Positions 37,620 through 51,805 of a DNA stretch of 64,000 nt are shown here, piece after piece. Source of the stretch: Octopus sinensis (lineage: Eukaryota); NCBI RefSeq assembly GCF_006345805.1, contig NC_043003.1, positions 31,372,001 to 31,436,000 on the forward strand. Direction: 5' to 3'. Position numbers and translations under genes: made by a program. Position 1 is the first letter of the stretch. Every line of letters begins with the position of its first letter. The notes under the pieces were generated by a model. That model ran no database searches and was not told where the DNA came from. It worked only from the letters and a program-made list of their open reading frames with translations.

Positions 37620-37696
<77 letters not shown>

Positions 37697-37725
37697 AATC
37701 TATCTATCTATCTATCTATCTATCA
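37617..37725. repeat. (TATC)n microsatellite
   Basis: Directly visible. Confidence 0.95.
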
Positions 37726-39039
37726 TGTATGCATGTGCATATGTTAATCTGTATCGATAAAAGGCATGATGTGTGTGTGTGTGTGTGTGTGTGTGTTTGT
37801 TCGTGATTGTAATTTATGCACGTCCAAAAATTAGCACGCACGTCGCTCCAATTTTAGGAGGACATTCGTCAACATCCATTCTGGGTTTTGTCAACTTATT
37901 TTTTCCCGCGGTACGCGCGGATAGCGGTGAGACTCTATTTTCAGCCATAGCTTTTAGCGGAAAAAAATCTATTTTCAGCCATAGCTTTCACCTATTTTGA
38001 AGATTGATAACATGAGTTAAGTCCCTTCTAGCCATAGCCAGGCGAAAGTGTATGTGTGAGGGAGAGAGAGAAGTTGTGCGTTGATGTATGTGTGTGTGAG
38101 GGAGAGAGAGTGTTTCGCAATGTCTAACAAAGATAGTAAAGAAAAAGTATGTGTAAGGAAGAGTGGCAGATAGTTTGACGGCGTCTAAAAAAAAACAAGA
38201 TTAAGAAAAGTGGAAGTTAGGCAGAGAGATTCACAGCGTCTAAACAAAAAAAAACGGAATGACAAAGTGAGAGGGAGAGAGAGAGAGGGGGTAACGACGT
38301 TCATAAAAAATAAAATGTGAAATGTTTTGTTTTTTCTTAAACACGAGATATAGTCTTCAAACTTAGTATGTTTTTGAAAGACACTATATCTTATAATCAG
38401 AGTATATATACTTTCTCACACAATAGTTACAATATATTTATTTTAAATCATTTATCTATTTTAAATCGTTCGTCTTTATTCCCCCCTCTCTCTCACACAC
38501 ACATTACTTTGGGTGCGAAGGAGTTTTGTTTTTATTTTACGCCGAGTTGGGGGCAATTTCCGAGGCGTCCACCACACCCCACTCCGTTTCACGGACCACC
38601 AAAAAGGTCCAGAGTAGTTGATTCCAAGCAAAAAAATCGAATTTTTTTCTTAGTGAAAATCGTGCGAGTGTTGATCTACAAATTTACCAGCATTTTTTCC
38701 ATTCATTTCTGTTTATGAACATGTATGCTTGCACAAAACATGCAATAGGTGTATGTACGTACGTGTTTGTGTGTGTGTTCGTGTGTGTTGCCCATTTATA
38801 TTTATGTTATATTATATTTATCTTATATTAAACTTTTAATACTTTTTGATAGTTATATTTTATAAAAAAAATTAACAAATAAATAATTTAAATAATAATT
38901 TAAATTTAATTTAAATATTTCAAATTTTGAATTTTATATTTTATATATTTTTTTATTAATTAATATTATTTCTATGTACTGGTTTATGATTTTCACTGTT
39001 TGATTTGACTAATATTGGTTTTATCTCAAATTTAATATA

Positions 39040-39079
<40 letters not shown>

Positions 39080-39080
<1 letters not shown>

Positions 39081-39226
39081 TTTATTCAAAAGCAGCAGAA
39101 ATTCAACAATGAGTAACAGGTTTTGTTGAATTTTCTGCTGCTTTTAAATAAAGCATATTACTCTACCACTGGTATTTGAGTACTCTTTTTTCCACCTTGT
39201 TTCACAGTTATGTGTTTACTCCGGTA
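39080..39226 (+). mobile_element. Copy related to the 3892-4080 fold-back, with most of the hammerhead absent
   Basis: 30-bp arms around TGAGTAACAGGTT; same 3' extension; (TA)n flanks. Confidence 0.7.
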
Positions 39227-39234
39227 TATATATA

Positions 39235-39624
39235 TATATATATATACAGCTGAAGTTGTCTGTGTACGGCAGATTTGGTAGTCTTCAACTAACACTATCT
39301 CCTCCGAGACCCTGCGGCACAAGTTGACCAAAATTGAAAGTATGATAGAAGAAGGCGTGCTCTTCCTTCCGTAGAAGAAAAAACTCAAATCGGCCCATGT
39401 TAACACCAAAAATTATTTATATAAAAAAGGTGTTTTCTTTCTATGAAAATCCCTATTTTTTACGATTTATTGACTACTGTGTCACCATTTTTCGGTGTAT
39501 TTCAACCAGAAAAATGTTCACTTAAAGAGAATAACAAGCTACATAATGCAAAAGTTTTACTTTTCAAAAATTCCAATTCTAAAGGGTCGAAACTAACCCG
39601 AGCAACGCCGGGCGATACTGTTAG
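39235..39624 (+). mobile_element. Non-autonomous Helitron with a different body but the same 3' terminus
   Basis: Ends AACCCGAGCAACGCCGGGCGATACTGTTAG|T; starts (TA)n-CAGCTGAAGTTGTCTGTG. Confidence 0.65.
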
Positions 39625-39846
39625 TCTAAGATAATTAGTTTGAAAGAAGGTTTTGAATAAGGAGACACAATGTTGAACGTAGTATAAAAACTTTTAACCC
39701 GGAAATTTATGTCAACCGCTTATTCAACAAGTGACTTATCGAAAAAGCTGTAAAGCAAAACTTAAAGACCCAGTGAAAACTAATCATACACACACACACG
39801 CACGCACACACACATATATGTATATGTATGTACAAACATGCATATA

Positions 39847-41116
39847 CGAGGGGCGTTCAATAAGTAATGCTTCTGACCCACTTGCAGTTGTTTGATCTAG
39901 CTGAAATTTTGCATGTGCACTTATTTATACCTCTATAGATTAGGTGGCGAATTACAGCTCTGAACTAATTGTGGTGTCTGATTTACAGGTGTTTGAACTG
40001 AGTCAAGTGTGAAATGGAGCCTGTTGAGTGTCGAGCAGTGATCTGGTTTTTGTATTTGAAAGGACGCACACCACGGGATACTTTTGATGAAATGAAAGTA
40101 ACTTATGGTGATGATGCCCCATCATATGACCTTGTAAAACGCTAGCATTGTGAATTCAAACATAGTCGGAACTCTGTGGAAACAGCTCCCAGATCTGGTC
40201 ACCCCCTTCTGCCGTTGATGAGACGTCTGTCCGTCAAGTTGAGGCTGCCATTTTGGAAGGTCAACGCATAACTATTCGCCAAATAGCCCATAAGGTTAAG
40301 ATTAGTACCGGGTCTGTGGAAACTATCATTCATGACCATTTGCATATGCAAAAGGTGTCTGCCAGATGGATTCCCAGGTTGCTCACACCTTTCCAGAAGC
40401 AAGAACGCGTTGAGTGCTCGAGGATGAATTTGGAGATGTGCCAAGAAGATGAGTCAAAATTTTTCAAAAGATTGATCACACAGGATAAAACCTGGGTCCA
40501 TCACTATGATCCATAGACCAAAGCCCAGTCAATGCAGTGAAAGCACCGTGACTCACCTCCTCCAAAGAAGGTAAGGGTGCAGCCCTCCGCTGACAAGGTT
40601 ATGCTCACAGTCTTCTGGGAGCAGGACGGAGTAGTGATGACAGATTTCCTGGCAAAGGGTACCACAATTACAGGAGCCTATCATGCTTCACTTTTGAGGA
40701 AATTAAGAGAAGCTATCAAAATCAAGAGGCGGGGCAAGATCAGCAAAGGCATCCTCCTCCTGCAGGACAACGTTACGGTCCACAACTCGCGTGTCGCAAG
40801 ATCAGAAGCACAGGCATGCAGCTATGAACTCCTCCCCTTGCACCCTCTGATTTTCACCTCTTCCCAGCCATGAAGTTGATTTTGAAAGGAAAGCGTTTCC
40901 CAGATGATGCAGCCTTGATTTCTGAAGTCACGTCGTGGTTGGATGACCAAGCTGGGGTCTTCTACAAAAACGGTCTCCAGAGCTGTATCAAACGATGGGA
41001 GAAATGCATAACTCTGGGTAGTTCCCATGTAGGAAAAGACTAATAACTGTGCCAAGTGTCGTTGCTCTACTGCTATGGGAAGTGGGTCAGGGGCATTACT
41101 TATTGAACGCCCCTCG
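39847..41116 (+). mobile_element. Near full-length defective mariner (D,D34D-type)
   Basis: 37-bp TIRs CGAGGGGCGTTCAATAAGTAATGC..; relic ORF 40014-41043 with SARWIPRLLT, ITQDKTWV, LLQDN, LAPSDFHLF, RWEKCI; stops and frameshifts. Confidence 0.92.
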
Positions 41117-42751
41117 TGTATGTATACATACACATGAATACATAAATACGTACACCTATACATATACTTAGTAAGTAAAAGCACACGAAGCAAAAGATGT
41201 ATAAAGCTGTTTATTTTACACTTCTCCAGATCAGAACGCCTAAGACATTCGCTTCGGGACTTAATCCTGGAGAAAAATTTCCCTCTATAAATTTTGTGTC
41301 AAAAAAAAGATCAACCTGAACGCCAAGCGACATCGGTGGTACACCTCACGTGGTATTTCTTCATGATTTTTACCTTTACAGTGACTGTTACTCCTCCGTC
41401 ATTTGGAGCTAATTTGAAGTTTTGTTCCTATATATAGGAAAATGCAAAGAAGACATTTGTTTGTTTGTGCTGAGGTTTGCTAAGCTACATTTAGTGTAGT
41501 ACAAGCACACAACGTGGGGAAGGTCAATATAAAGATACGTATGCTTATTTTTTACACGTTTCTGCGCATCAGAATGAGGAAGGCACACGTTACAGGACTT
41601 TGCGAGTAAAGAATTCTCTCAATAGGCTTTTCCGTAAAAACAGATCACAGGAACCTCTAAATGATGCCAGTAGAGTACTAAACATAGGGTTTCAACATGG
41701 TTTGACCACCACTCTAGTAGATATCATCTCGGACATTTGGAGCTCAAATATGGTTTTTGTTCCCACATATATGTGTTGGACAGAAAAGAAAGGATTTGCT
41801 GGTGTATGCTGAACATTCCGTTGCTGGAATCAATTGATGTTTGGACTGATGTATTTTACAAAAGTTTGATCTGAAACCGAGTCTTATCGCTAATATGATA
41901 AATAACAGACAATATTACTCTATGAAAATATAACAATATTAGCTTCAAAATATAACATACCGGCTGATGTTTGTCCATTATTTTCCTTATATTTCCTAAA
42001 ATCTTTTCGTAACTTTATCTCTAAGGACTTTTTAATGGATATATACTTTCAAATGATTTGAATTAACTAATTGAATTTCTGGTTATTTCACATCTCTGTA
42101 GCAGACCAGCGAGATGATAAAAGACACACACACATACACACAGACACTCTCATATTATATATATGCACATCTTCATTTCATTATACTTTATTGCATTAGA
42201 GTATTGTAGTTGATAGGTGTGTGCTGTGCATGATGGTCGATATAACTTGTTTCATCTTATTGTATCATTATTCTGGTTAAATGGGCATTGTTATTCTATT
42301 GAGTATCAGTATGCGTGGGTGTGTGTGAATGTGCCAGCACCTGCTTCATGTATTTGTACAGCTTCCGTAATATTTTGTATGACTGAACAGAACTTTTACT
42401 TCAAAAGTTTTATCCATCCATTGCTTCGGCATTGTGTTTTAAAAAGAATATGGATATTTGTTCGTTCTCATTGCATTCTCGCCGGTGCACTGCAGTCATA
42501 TCCCCCAAACTGCGGGCCGTTTCTCCAAATTGGGGTGTGGTAGTATCGTTATATTGCCGTTTCAAGCATTTGCTTGAATACATACTATTTTTCACTTTAT
42601 CTATGACAACAGTTTTTGTCAGTGCAAGATATGTTCTTAAATGTGTATGGCTTAAATGGTTGTGATTCGATGTATCCGTCTGTTTCTGTCGAATAATTTC
42701 ATTTGACGTATTGTTTCATATATTGCTTTTCTAGATTTACGTATTAGTTCA

Positions 42752-44173
<1,422 letters not shown>

Positions 44174-44593
44174 TGTTTCTTTATTAGCCACACAGGGCTG
44201 CACACAGATAGAACAAATTACAAGGTAGAGCTTTTCTTTTGAAGGTTTAAAAAAAAAAAAAAAAAATAATAATAATAATAATAATAATAAAATAAAAAAA
44301 AATAAAATAAAATAAAAAAGGGGGGGTCGATCAAAAGGGATCGTAAAAGGAGAGAAGGAGGACAAAAAAAGGGGGGGGTTAAAAAAAAAGGGGGAGAGGA
44401 AAAAAATTGATCAATAGGGATCGTTATCACAGAAATGTCAATATGAAGTGTAAAGGGGAGGACAGGTGAGGTTTACCCGTGGAAAGAAAAGCCTACGGAA
44501 AAGACCACGGTAACCTCGGTCAATGAAGTCACATGTTATATTTCTTTTTTTTTTTTTTGCAAATAAGCAACTCTCTGTATTAATTTTTACGGT

Positions 44594-47500
44594 TCATAGA
44601 ATCATAGTCAAGGTGGCTTCGTCATTCATACGTGCCATCCTTGCTACATTCACCCATCTTTTTTTAAAACATTCACTAGACAAAACTTGCCTCTCTACTC
44701 TCACTTTTTTCTTCAAGTGATACTTGAAGAAGTTGATGAGAGATTGACCAGAGAGGAAAGTGTTTGTCTCTAATCCTTTCAGACGCGTCCACCAGATACA
44801 TTCTTTCGCCATAGCCACAAGTATGATAAAAATAGCTCTTCCTTCCCGTTTGAAGGAAGGAGGCGTGACGATATTAACGATAGACTCGGCTGATAAACCG
44901 ACACGTCCCACACGTGACAGCAGTCGTTCGACATAAGCCCACAGGTGGGAAATTGCTGGACACTGCACGATTGCGTGCAGAGCGGTTTCGTCGCTCTGCC
45001 CGCATCTCGGGCAGGTCGGCCCCGTGTTTCTCGAGCCATGCCTATAGAGCTTATCCCGAACGGGTAGCGCTTCTCGGTAGCACCGCCAGGCCAGGGATCT
45101 CTGGAAGTTGTCCATAGGTCCCGGGCCGAAAGTCGTTTGAAACAGGCGGGTCAGGTATTCCTCGTCGACGCCCAGGTTTGCCCCGAGCTCGTCGTCGTAC
45201 CTCCCCTCCACTAATCCCCTATAGAATGCTTTGGTTGTGTTGAAGTCACTCAAGGTCGACCCGGGACGGCAGAGTTGCTTGAGAGCAACGCGACACTCGC
45301 GGTGCCATTCGCCCTTCTTCGGCCTCTTTTTGATCCACGACTGTAGTTCGGTCATGGAGACGAGTTGCGGGAATGCGTGCCTCACAAACGGCGACCACAC
45401 CTGTTCACCGTCGTCTACATAGAGCCGGAGATGTCGCAGTCTCAGCGCGTGTCTGCGCATCATCAACCACGGCATGCCCAGCCCTCCTTTTAACGGGTGT
45501 TGACAGCAAATGGATCGCCTGACCATCGGGACGCATCCTTTCCACAAGAAGCGGAAGAGGATGCGTTCTAGTTTGGTGATGGTAGGGTCGGGACAAGGTA
45601 CGACGGTCAGGCGGTAGTAGATGATGGACGCGATGTACGCGTTCACCACCTCCGCCCGACCTTTTAGGGACAGTTTCCTCTCGGCCCATTGCTGGGCGAG
45701 AGTGACCACCCTACTCGTTATCTCGTTCCAGTTCTTCTCCATTTGGAGGTCCGGACCGAACCAGACCCCGAGCAACTCAACCGGGCCGTCTGTCCAGCGT
45801 CCCACGACGGAGGTACTGGTGGACGGCATGGGTTTGCTTCTCCAGGTGCCGAGCCGCAAGCCCACTGACTTTTCCCGGTTGATTTTTGCTCCTGTCACCG
45901 CTTCGTAGTCTTTCAGTGTCTCGCCGACCCGCTCGATGTGCTCGTGGCTTGACACTATGACGGTGACGTCGTCCGCGTATGCAGACACGCTCGTCCCGCA
46001 TCCTAATTCTCGCGGGATGCCCCTCAGAGTCGCCAGCTTCCGCAGTAGTGGCTCAAGAGTCAATACGTATAGAAGCGCCGAGAGGGGGCATCCCTGACGG
46101 ACCGAACGTGCAATGTCGAAGGGTCTCGATAGATGTCCATTTACGCGAATTACCGAACGGATGCCTCTGTACAAGGCAGCTATCCAGCCGCGGAAGACGG
46201 GACCGAAACCAGCCGCTCTCAGGACTGCCTCCAAGTATCGATGGTCTACCCTATCAAAGGCTTTCGATTGATCCAAGTTGATCAGGGCCCCACCCATGCC
46301 AGGTTCGTTAACTACCCTGTCTATGATGTAGCGCATCAGATGGAGGTTGTCATGGATGCTCCGGCCCGGCACGGCGCACGTTTGTGCGTTGTCGACCAGT
46401 TTCTCCATGACAAGCGCCAACCTCTTGGCTAACACCTTTGTCAAAATTTTCAGGTCTGCATTGAGCAGAGTGATTGGCCTAAAGTTATCTATAATGTTTC
46501 CCTTGTTTGGATCTTTCTTCAGCAGAGTTACAGCTCCTCGACTCACAAAACCGGGTATGCTCCCGTTTTGCTGCCAGTTGCAGTATACCGCTGCCAAGAC
46601 GTCTCCAAACAAGTCTGGCATACAATAGTAAAATTCGTAGGGTAGACCATCCAAACCCGGTGATTTGTCCCTCGAGCATTCTGCCATCGCTTCCCGCACT
46701 TCCGCCGCCGTGATGGCACCTTCGCAGCACCCTGCCTTTCTTGTCGAGAGTCGTGGCAGGCTATGTAGGTAGGCACTGAAGTCTACCCTACGTTCTTGCC
46801 CTCCACTCGTCCCGAACAGTCGGGCAAAATGCTGCTGAAAGGCCTCACACATTTTACTTGGCTCGAGCAATTCGCGCCCCTGTTCATCTACCAGTGACCG
46901 AATGGTGGCTTTGTTGCCCTGTTGCGCCTCTGCCACCCGGGCCTCTCTCGCGGCTCCAACACCTTCGTTCCTTAGAGCACGCATCCTAGCTCTGACAGCA
47001 CATCCTTCGTGTTTGGCGTTGAAGTGTTGGTCGAGGGCCAACCTCGCCGCCAAAACGTCGGATGCGATGCCGCTTCTAATTGCCTCTTCTAGCTTCTTAA
47101 CTAGCTCACCCTCTACTCTATTTCTATCTATGGCTAGTGCTTTGCTGTACCTAATCGCTTCTGCTTTTACTGCTCTCTTGAGGGCAAACCACCATTTGTT
47201 GTTGATGATGGCTCCCGTCAAAGCCCTCTTTACTAGTGTGCTAATCCGGTCTCTGAAAACTTGTCTGGACGGGAATGATGCGTTCAGTTTCCAGTACCCA
47301 GGACCCTGTCTATGTGCCTTATCTAAGTCTAGCGTACACGTCACCAATTTGTGATCCGTGTAGCTGACTGTGTGGAATTGTGGACATCCTAAGTTATCCT
47401 TGTCTACTGTCCTACACAGTATCCTATCTAGATACGATCTCGACGACCCACTGCGGTTGCTCCATGTCCACGTTGGTGCATTTGGGTGGTCGAGTCGGTA

Positions 47501-48031
47501 CCTGTCAGACAGTTGGAATCGTCTGAGCAGGTCTCTGAGGCATTTGCATCCCCTTCTGTTTCTGTCTCTACCCACGTAGTCTACATGCGTGTCCAAGGTA
47601 GCATTCCAATCCCCCACTAAGAGTAAAGGACGAGACGTTCCCAAGAATACTTCTAGACGTCGAAAGAAATCCGCCCGACCTGTTAAGGGCGGTGCGTAGA
47701 CTGATACGAGTCGAAAAGCGCACCCATTGCTGCCGTCAACATCCAGAACGATCAGTCTACCCTCCGGGTCTACGAATATCGTCTTGACTTCGAGATCCAG
47801 GCTCTTGTGAAAAAGTACCGCGGTGCCACTACCGCCCATCCTCGGCAGACAGGGAGCGAAATAAATGTTAAACTGTCCGCCAAACATGGACTTTAGGGCC
47901 CGTGGCTCGTGGAGTCTGGTCTCACTTATGGCTATGATTCCCAAATCATGTGACTTGATGTCATTTAGGAGGTATCCTTGTTTCCAAGGAGACCCCAAGC
48001 CACGCGCATTCACACAACCAATCTTGACCAT
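44594..48031 (-). CDS. LINE ORF2: APE endonuclease, reverse transcriptase and C-terminal zinc finger (1145 aa)
   Basis: APE motifs CVNARGL, ISETRL, SVYAP, VGDWN, YLDRI, TDHKLV; RT motifs SPGLDG, RPITLLNAD, DQSKAFDRVDH, RQGCPLS, YADD; CPRC-x8-H-x4-C; uninterrupted. Confidence 0.97.
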   Translation of the reverse strand: MVKIGCVNARGLGSPWKQGYLLNDIKSHDLGIIAISETRLHEPRALKSMFGGQFNIYFAPCLPRMGGSGTAVLFHKSLDLEVKTIFVDPEGRLIVLDVDGSNGCAFRLVSVYAPPLTGRADFFRRLEVFLGTSRPLLLVGDWNATLDTHVDYVGRDRNRRGCKCLRDLLRRFQLSDRYRLDHPNAPTWTWSNRSGSSRSYLDRILCRTVDKDNLGCPQFHTVSYTDHKLVTCTLDLDKAHRQGPGYWKLNASFPSRQVFRDRISTLVKRALTGAIINNKWWFALKRAVKAEAIRYSKALAIDRNRVEGELVKKLEEAIRSGIASDVLAARLALDQHFNAKHEGCAVRARMRALRNEGVGAAREARVAEAQQGNKATIRSLVDEQGRELLEPSKMCEAFQQHFARLFGTSGGQERRVDFSAYLHSLPRLSTRKAGCCEGAITAAEVREAMAECSRDKSPGLDGLPYEFYYCMPDLFGDVLAAVYCNWQQNGSIPGFVSRGAVTLLKKDPNKGNIIDNFRPITLLNADLKILTKVLAKRLALVMEKLVDNAQTCAVPGRSIHDNLHLMRYIIDRVVNEPGMGGALINLDQSKAFDRVDHRYLEAVLRAAGFGPVFRGWIAALYRGIRSVIRVNGHLSRPFDIARSVRQGCPLSALLYVLTLEPLLRKLATLRGIPRELGCGTSVSAYADDVTVIVSSHEHIERVGETLKDYEAVTGAKINREKSVGLRLGTWRSKPMPSTSTSVVGRWTDGPVELLGVWFGPDLQMEKNWNEITSRVVTLAQQWAERKLSLKGRAEVVNAYIASIIYYRLTVVPCPDPTITKLERILFRFLWKGCVPMVRRSICCQHPLKGGLGMPWLMMRRHALRLRHLRLYVDDGEQVWSPFVRHAFPQLVSMTELQSWIKKRPKKGEWHRECRVALKQLCRPGSTLSDFNTTKAFYRGLVEGRYDDELGANLGVDEEYLTRLFQTTFGPGPMDNFQRSLAWRCYREALPVRDKLYRHGSRNTGPTCPRCGQSDETALHAIVQCPAISHLWAYVERLLSRVGRVGLSAESIVNIVTPPSFKREGRAIFIILVAMAKECIWWTRLKGLETNTFLSGQSLINFFKYHLKKKVRVERQVLSSECFKKRWVNVARMARMNDEATLTMIL

Positions 48032-48081
48032 GATTCTATTGGGGTGTGTGCTTTAAAACACACAAATGAAAGTACAGAGAG

Positions 48082-49804
48082 TTACTTACTTGTGTCGAAA
48101 GTTTTGGCTTCCTCGTTCTTTGATGTGTCTTCGAGGAGGTTTCTATATAGTTTTTGGGACAGATATTTCTGGAAACCCCCTACAGCATTTGGGAAGAGGG
48201 CTTTGAGTTTGTGGTGTTGTGTTTGTGTGATGTGTAGTATTTTGATGTGTTTGGGTGGTGTAGTGCGTGGATGATTGCTATTTTTAAAGTCATCTTCACA
48301 AATGTTTGTGTATCCTGTGATGTACTCCATTAGTTTGGAGTCTTTTGTGTCTATCGCTGATAGCATTGTTTTTGTGGTGTTGGTGCTTGTTTTGTTGTGT
48401 ATGGAGTTTTCAGGGTTCAGGTATCTCCCTGCTTTGGTTGCGATTTCTTGTTTGGTTTTTCTTGATCTTTTTCTTTTACCCCCTGTGGCTATTTGCCATT
48501 CTGTCGAACTTTCATCGTTAGATGAAAAGTCTGACGAATCAGCAGGGGGCAAGGGTAAAGCGTCTGGGTGTGTTTGTGCGGTTGTAGATATTGTTGTGGT
48601 GCGCGGGGAGGGTGTTGCTGGGGGGTTTGTTGTGGTTATTGTCTCTCCTACATCCTTGGTGCTTGTCTTCTTCGTTGTTATTCTTGGTGTTGGAATTGGT
48701 TTATTTGTTGTTGGTGGTGATGATTCTGTTCTTGGCGCTGGTGTTGGTGTTGTTTGGTTGGGTTGGTTTGTTCTTTGTTGTTTTTCCTGCATTTCCGCAT
48801 ACAGCTTCTTGACTAGCTGTCCATATTGTGGTGTGGGCAATAATCCTGGCTTTTGTGATTTTTCCTGTGGCTGTTGTTGTTGTTGTAATTTTGCGGCAGA
48901 TTTGCACTCCTTTTTGAGGTGTGCCTCACTGCCACATGTATAGCATCGTGGCCTTCTGCCCTCGACTACTACGTATAACTTGCGGCCATCCTCAAGATGT
49001 ACGTGGGTGGGGATTTTATTTATGTCCTCTTGACTTATGTGGAAGAGGAACTCTATTCTCTTTCCCAGCCAGTCCTTGTTTTCCGAAACACCGATATCTA
49101 GGATGTTTATGTCCTCCATTTCGGATGTTACGGCGGATGTAATCCACAGTGTTGTAGTCACTTGGGGGACACCACTGATAATGACTTTCGTCACCTTCTG
49201 GCCGAGGTAACTCGGTGTCAACGTTAGTTCATCAGAATGAAGGGTTATCGTTGAGAATTTCTTCGCCAACTCTTCATTCTGAAAAACCACCTGTACGTGT
49301 GCGAACTTGTTCGCCCAAGTCACACAATCCTTGTATCCCCAGATGGGGCGTAAGCACTTTTCGACTTTGTCTGTGCTTGCCTTTTCTGGACTTTTTGTTT
49401 TTTTATTTGTGATTTTATATACAATTGTCTTTTTTTTCTCCTCATTCAGTATGTGCTGAGGTATGTGTAAGAGTATTTTTCCGTTTTGATTTGTAATAAG
49501 GTTTCTGCAATCTTTAATCTGTTGTGTAGTAAACGAAACTTTTGTTACCTTTTCTTTTATCGCCTCGGCGAAGTTTGTTGTTGTTTTGTTATTGTTGTTA
49601 CTGTTGATGTTGATGGCAGGGGTGTGGGTTGTAGGTTTGTGGTTGCTGATTATGCAACTAGCAAGGGGTGGAAAATTGCCTGCGTAATTTAGTCCTGCAT
49701 TAGCGCAAATTTCGGCATTTCGTTTGCTTGTCGTCGTTATTTTTTCACTTGTTGGTGATGGAGTGAGCAGTGGTTGAAGGGAATTGTTGTTGTCGTCGTC
49801 GTCG

Positions 49805-49839
<35 letters not shown>

Positions 49840-50226
49840 ATTGTCGTTCTTGGTGACGGCGGTGGTGTTAGTAGTATTAGTAGCATTGACGGCACGGTCT
49901 TTGGTGGCGGTGATGGTGATGTTGGTATTGTTATTGGTGGCGACGTCTTTAGTAGGGATAGCAGTTTTAGTAGCAGATTCTGCCATGGTGTTGTTGTCGG
50001 TGTTGGTGGTGGTGGTGGACTCACTGATGGTGTTGACGGTGCTTGGCCTTGCGACCTTTGTTTTGTATTTGTTGCTGTTGTCGATGTTGATGGTGGCGGA
50101 GTTGTCAGGTTCAGCGTAAGGTAACAGAGCATCCTGTTTTTCTGCCTCTGCGTCACGGTTGACTTGCACCTCAGCCTCGTGGTGACCAGTGGCCATTTTG
50201 GAAATAAAATGGCTAAATGAAACCAC
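48082..50226 (-). CDS. LINE ORF1: gag-like nucleic-acid-binding protein (714 aa; start may be the MATG 10 codons later)
   Basis: Single CCHC knuckle CYTCGSEAHLKKEC; T/N-rich N-terminus; Q/P/T-rich linker; basic KRKRSRK; lies upstream of ORF2. Confidence 0.9.
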
Positions 50227-50766
50227 GAAGGCTATGAGAATTTTTTCTTTTAAATTTTGCCCACAAGGGGCAAAATTTTGTGTAGATATTTATCAAAGGT
50301 TTACAGTGGATGTTGTTGCACAACTTTTAAACACAAAATATTTCACAATAAATAATTTTCAACGTACAAAATGACCAACTTACGTGGAGCCCATTTGACT
50401 AGCGTCCGTCCGTCCGTCCAGATAGATAGATAAATAAATAGACAGAGAGATAAGTTCATGTTTAAGTTTGTGCGTGCAAACAAAAAGAACTCTCAGGGCA
50501 TTGTGTAAAGTTTATACTTATAGTTAAATAGTGAATTGCTAAGGAAGTTGTATATTGCTTAACGTTTCCTGTACGAGAAATCTCTGTGATCTCTCTAGAT
50601 GTACTTCATGAAAGGTAACTCGGAGATCACTGAAGTTTCGAGTGTTTCTGAAACTTAAAGTAATGTGCTAGTGGGTCTTTAACTGTTTGCCTAGACACAC
50701 ATACGCACATACACACATACAAACACACTCTCACACACAAAGTATAATACATACATACACACTCAG

Positions 50767-50822
<56 letters not shown>

Positions 50823-51546
50823 TATGCATATCTGTATATACGTATATACATGTGTGTGTAGTGTGGGGTGGGTGGTCACATGTGTGTGTGGGTGTGTGCA
50901 CATACAATCTGGCATATGTACATTCATGTAAATATCCACATAGCTACACATGCATTTTACTTACGTATATTCCTATAACCTACACATGCACACTTATATA
51001 AGTACACACACACGTATATATATATATGTACACACACATACATACATACATACACATAGAGACAAACACACAAACACTCACACATATACACACAGACACA
51101 CAAACACGGACACACAGATACACACACGCGCACACATCCACATACCCACGCAAACGTGCACATATATCTATATATATATATGGTGTGTGTATTTGCATTT
51201 TTACTAACGTATATTCATATAACCAATACATGCACACTAATATATATACACACACACATATATATACACAAATACACATACACGCACATAAGCACACACA
51301 TACATACACATACGCACACACATATATACACATACGCACGCACATATATACACATACGCACATATACACACATATTTCCACACACACACACACACATATT
51401 CTCGGATAAAGAAATATAGACTCCAGACAAACTAAGAGATGGTAATTACTTTAAAGCTTTGGATCAGACAAGTGTTCTTAAGAGAAGTGCTGTTAACTTT
51501 AGACGCTTGCATTCCCGAACAAGGGTTCAGTCAAGACGGATCAATA

Positions 51547-51601
51547 TACAATAATAATAATAATAATAATAATAATGATGATAATGATAATGATAATGAT
51601 G

Positions 51602-51658
<57 letters not shown>

Positions 51659-51682
51659 TTAATGATAATAATAATAATAATG

Positions 51683-51772
<90 letters not shown>

Positions 51773-51805
51773 TAATAATAATAATAATGATAATAATAAT
51801 AATAA
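51547..51805. repeat. (AAT)n microsatellite
   Basis: Directly visible. Confidence 0.95.

Larger units (their letters stand above)
44174..50419 (-). mobile_element. Full-length Tx1/L1-clade non-LTR retrotransposon (~6.25 kb)
   Basis: 5' UTR, ORF1, 50-bp spacer, ORF2, and a 420-bp 3' UTR ending AATAAAGAAACA; candidate 17-bp TSD at 44157-44173 / 50420-50436 (15/17 match). Confidence 0.93.

Noticed and set aside
44779-50156. Antisense and alternate-frame ORFs inside the LINE (e.g. 48275-48943, 222 aa)
   Set aside because: They are shadows of biased codon use in ORF1 and ORF2, with no independent motifs.
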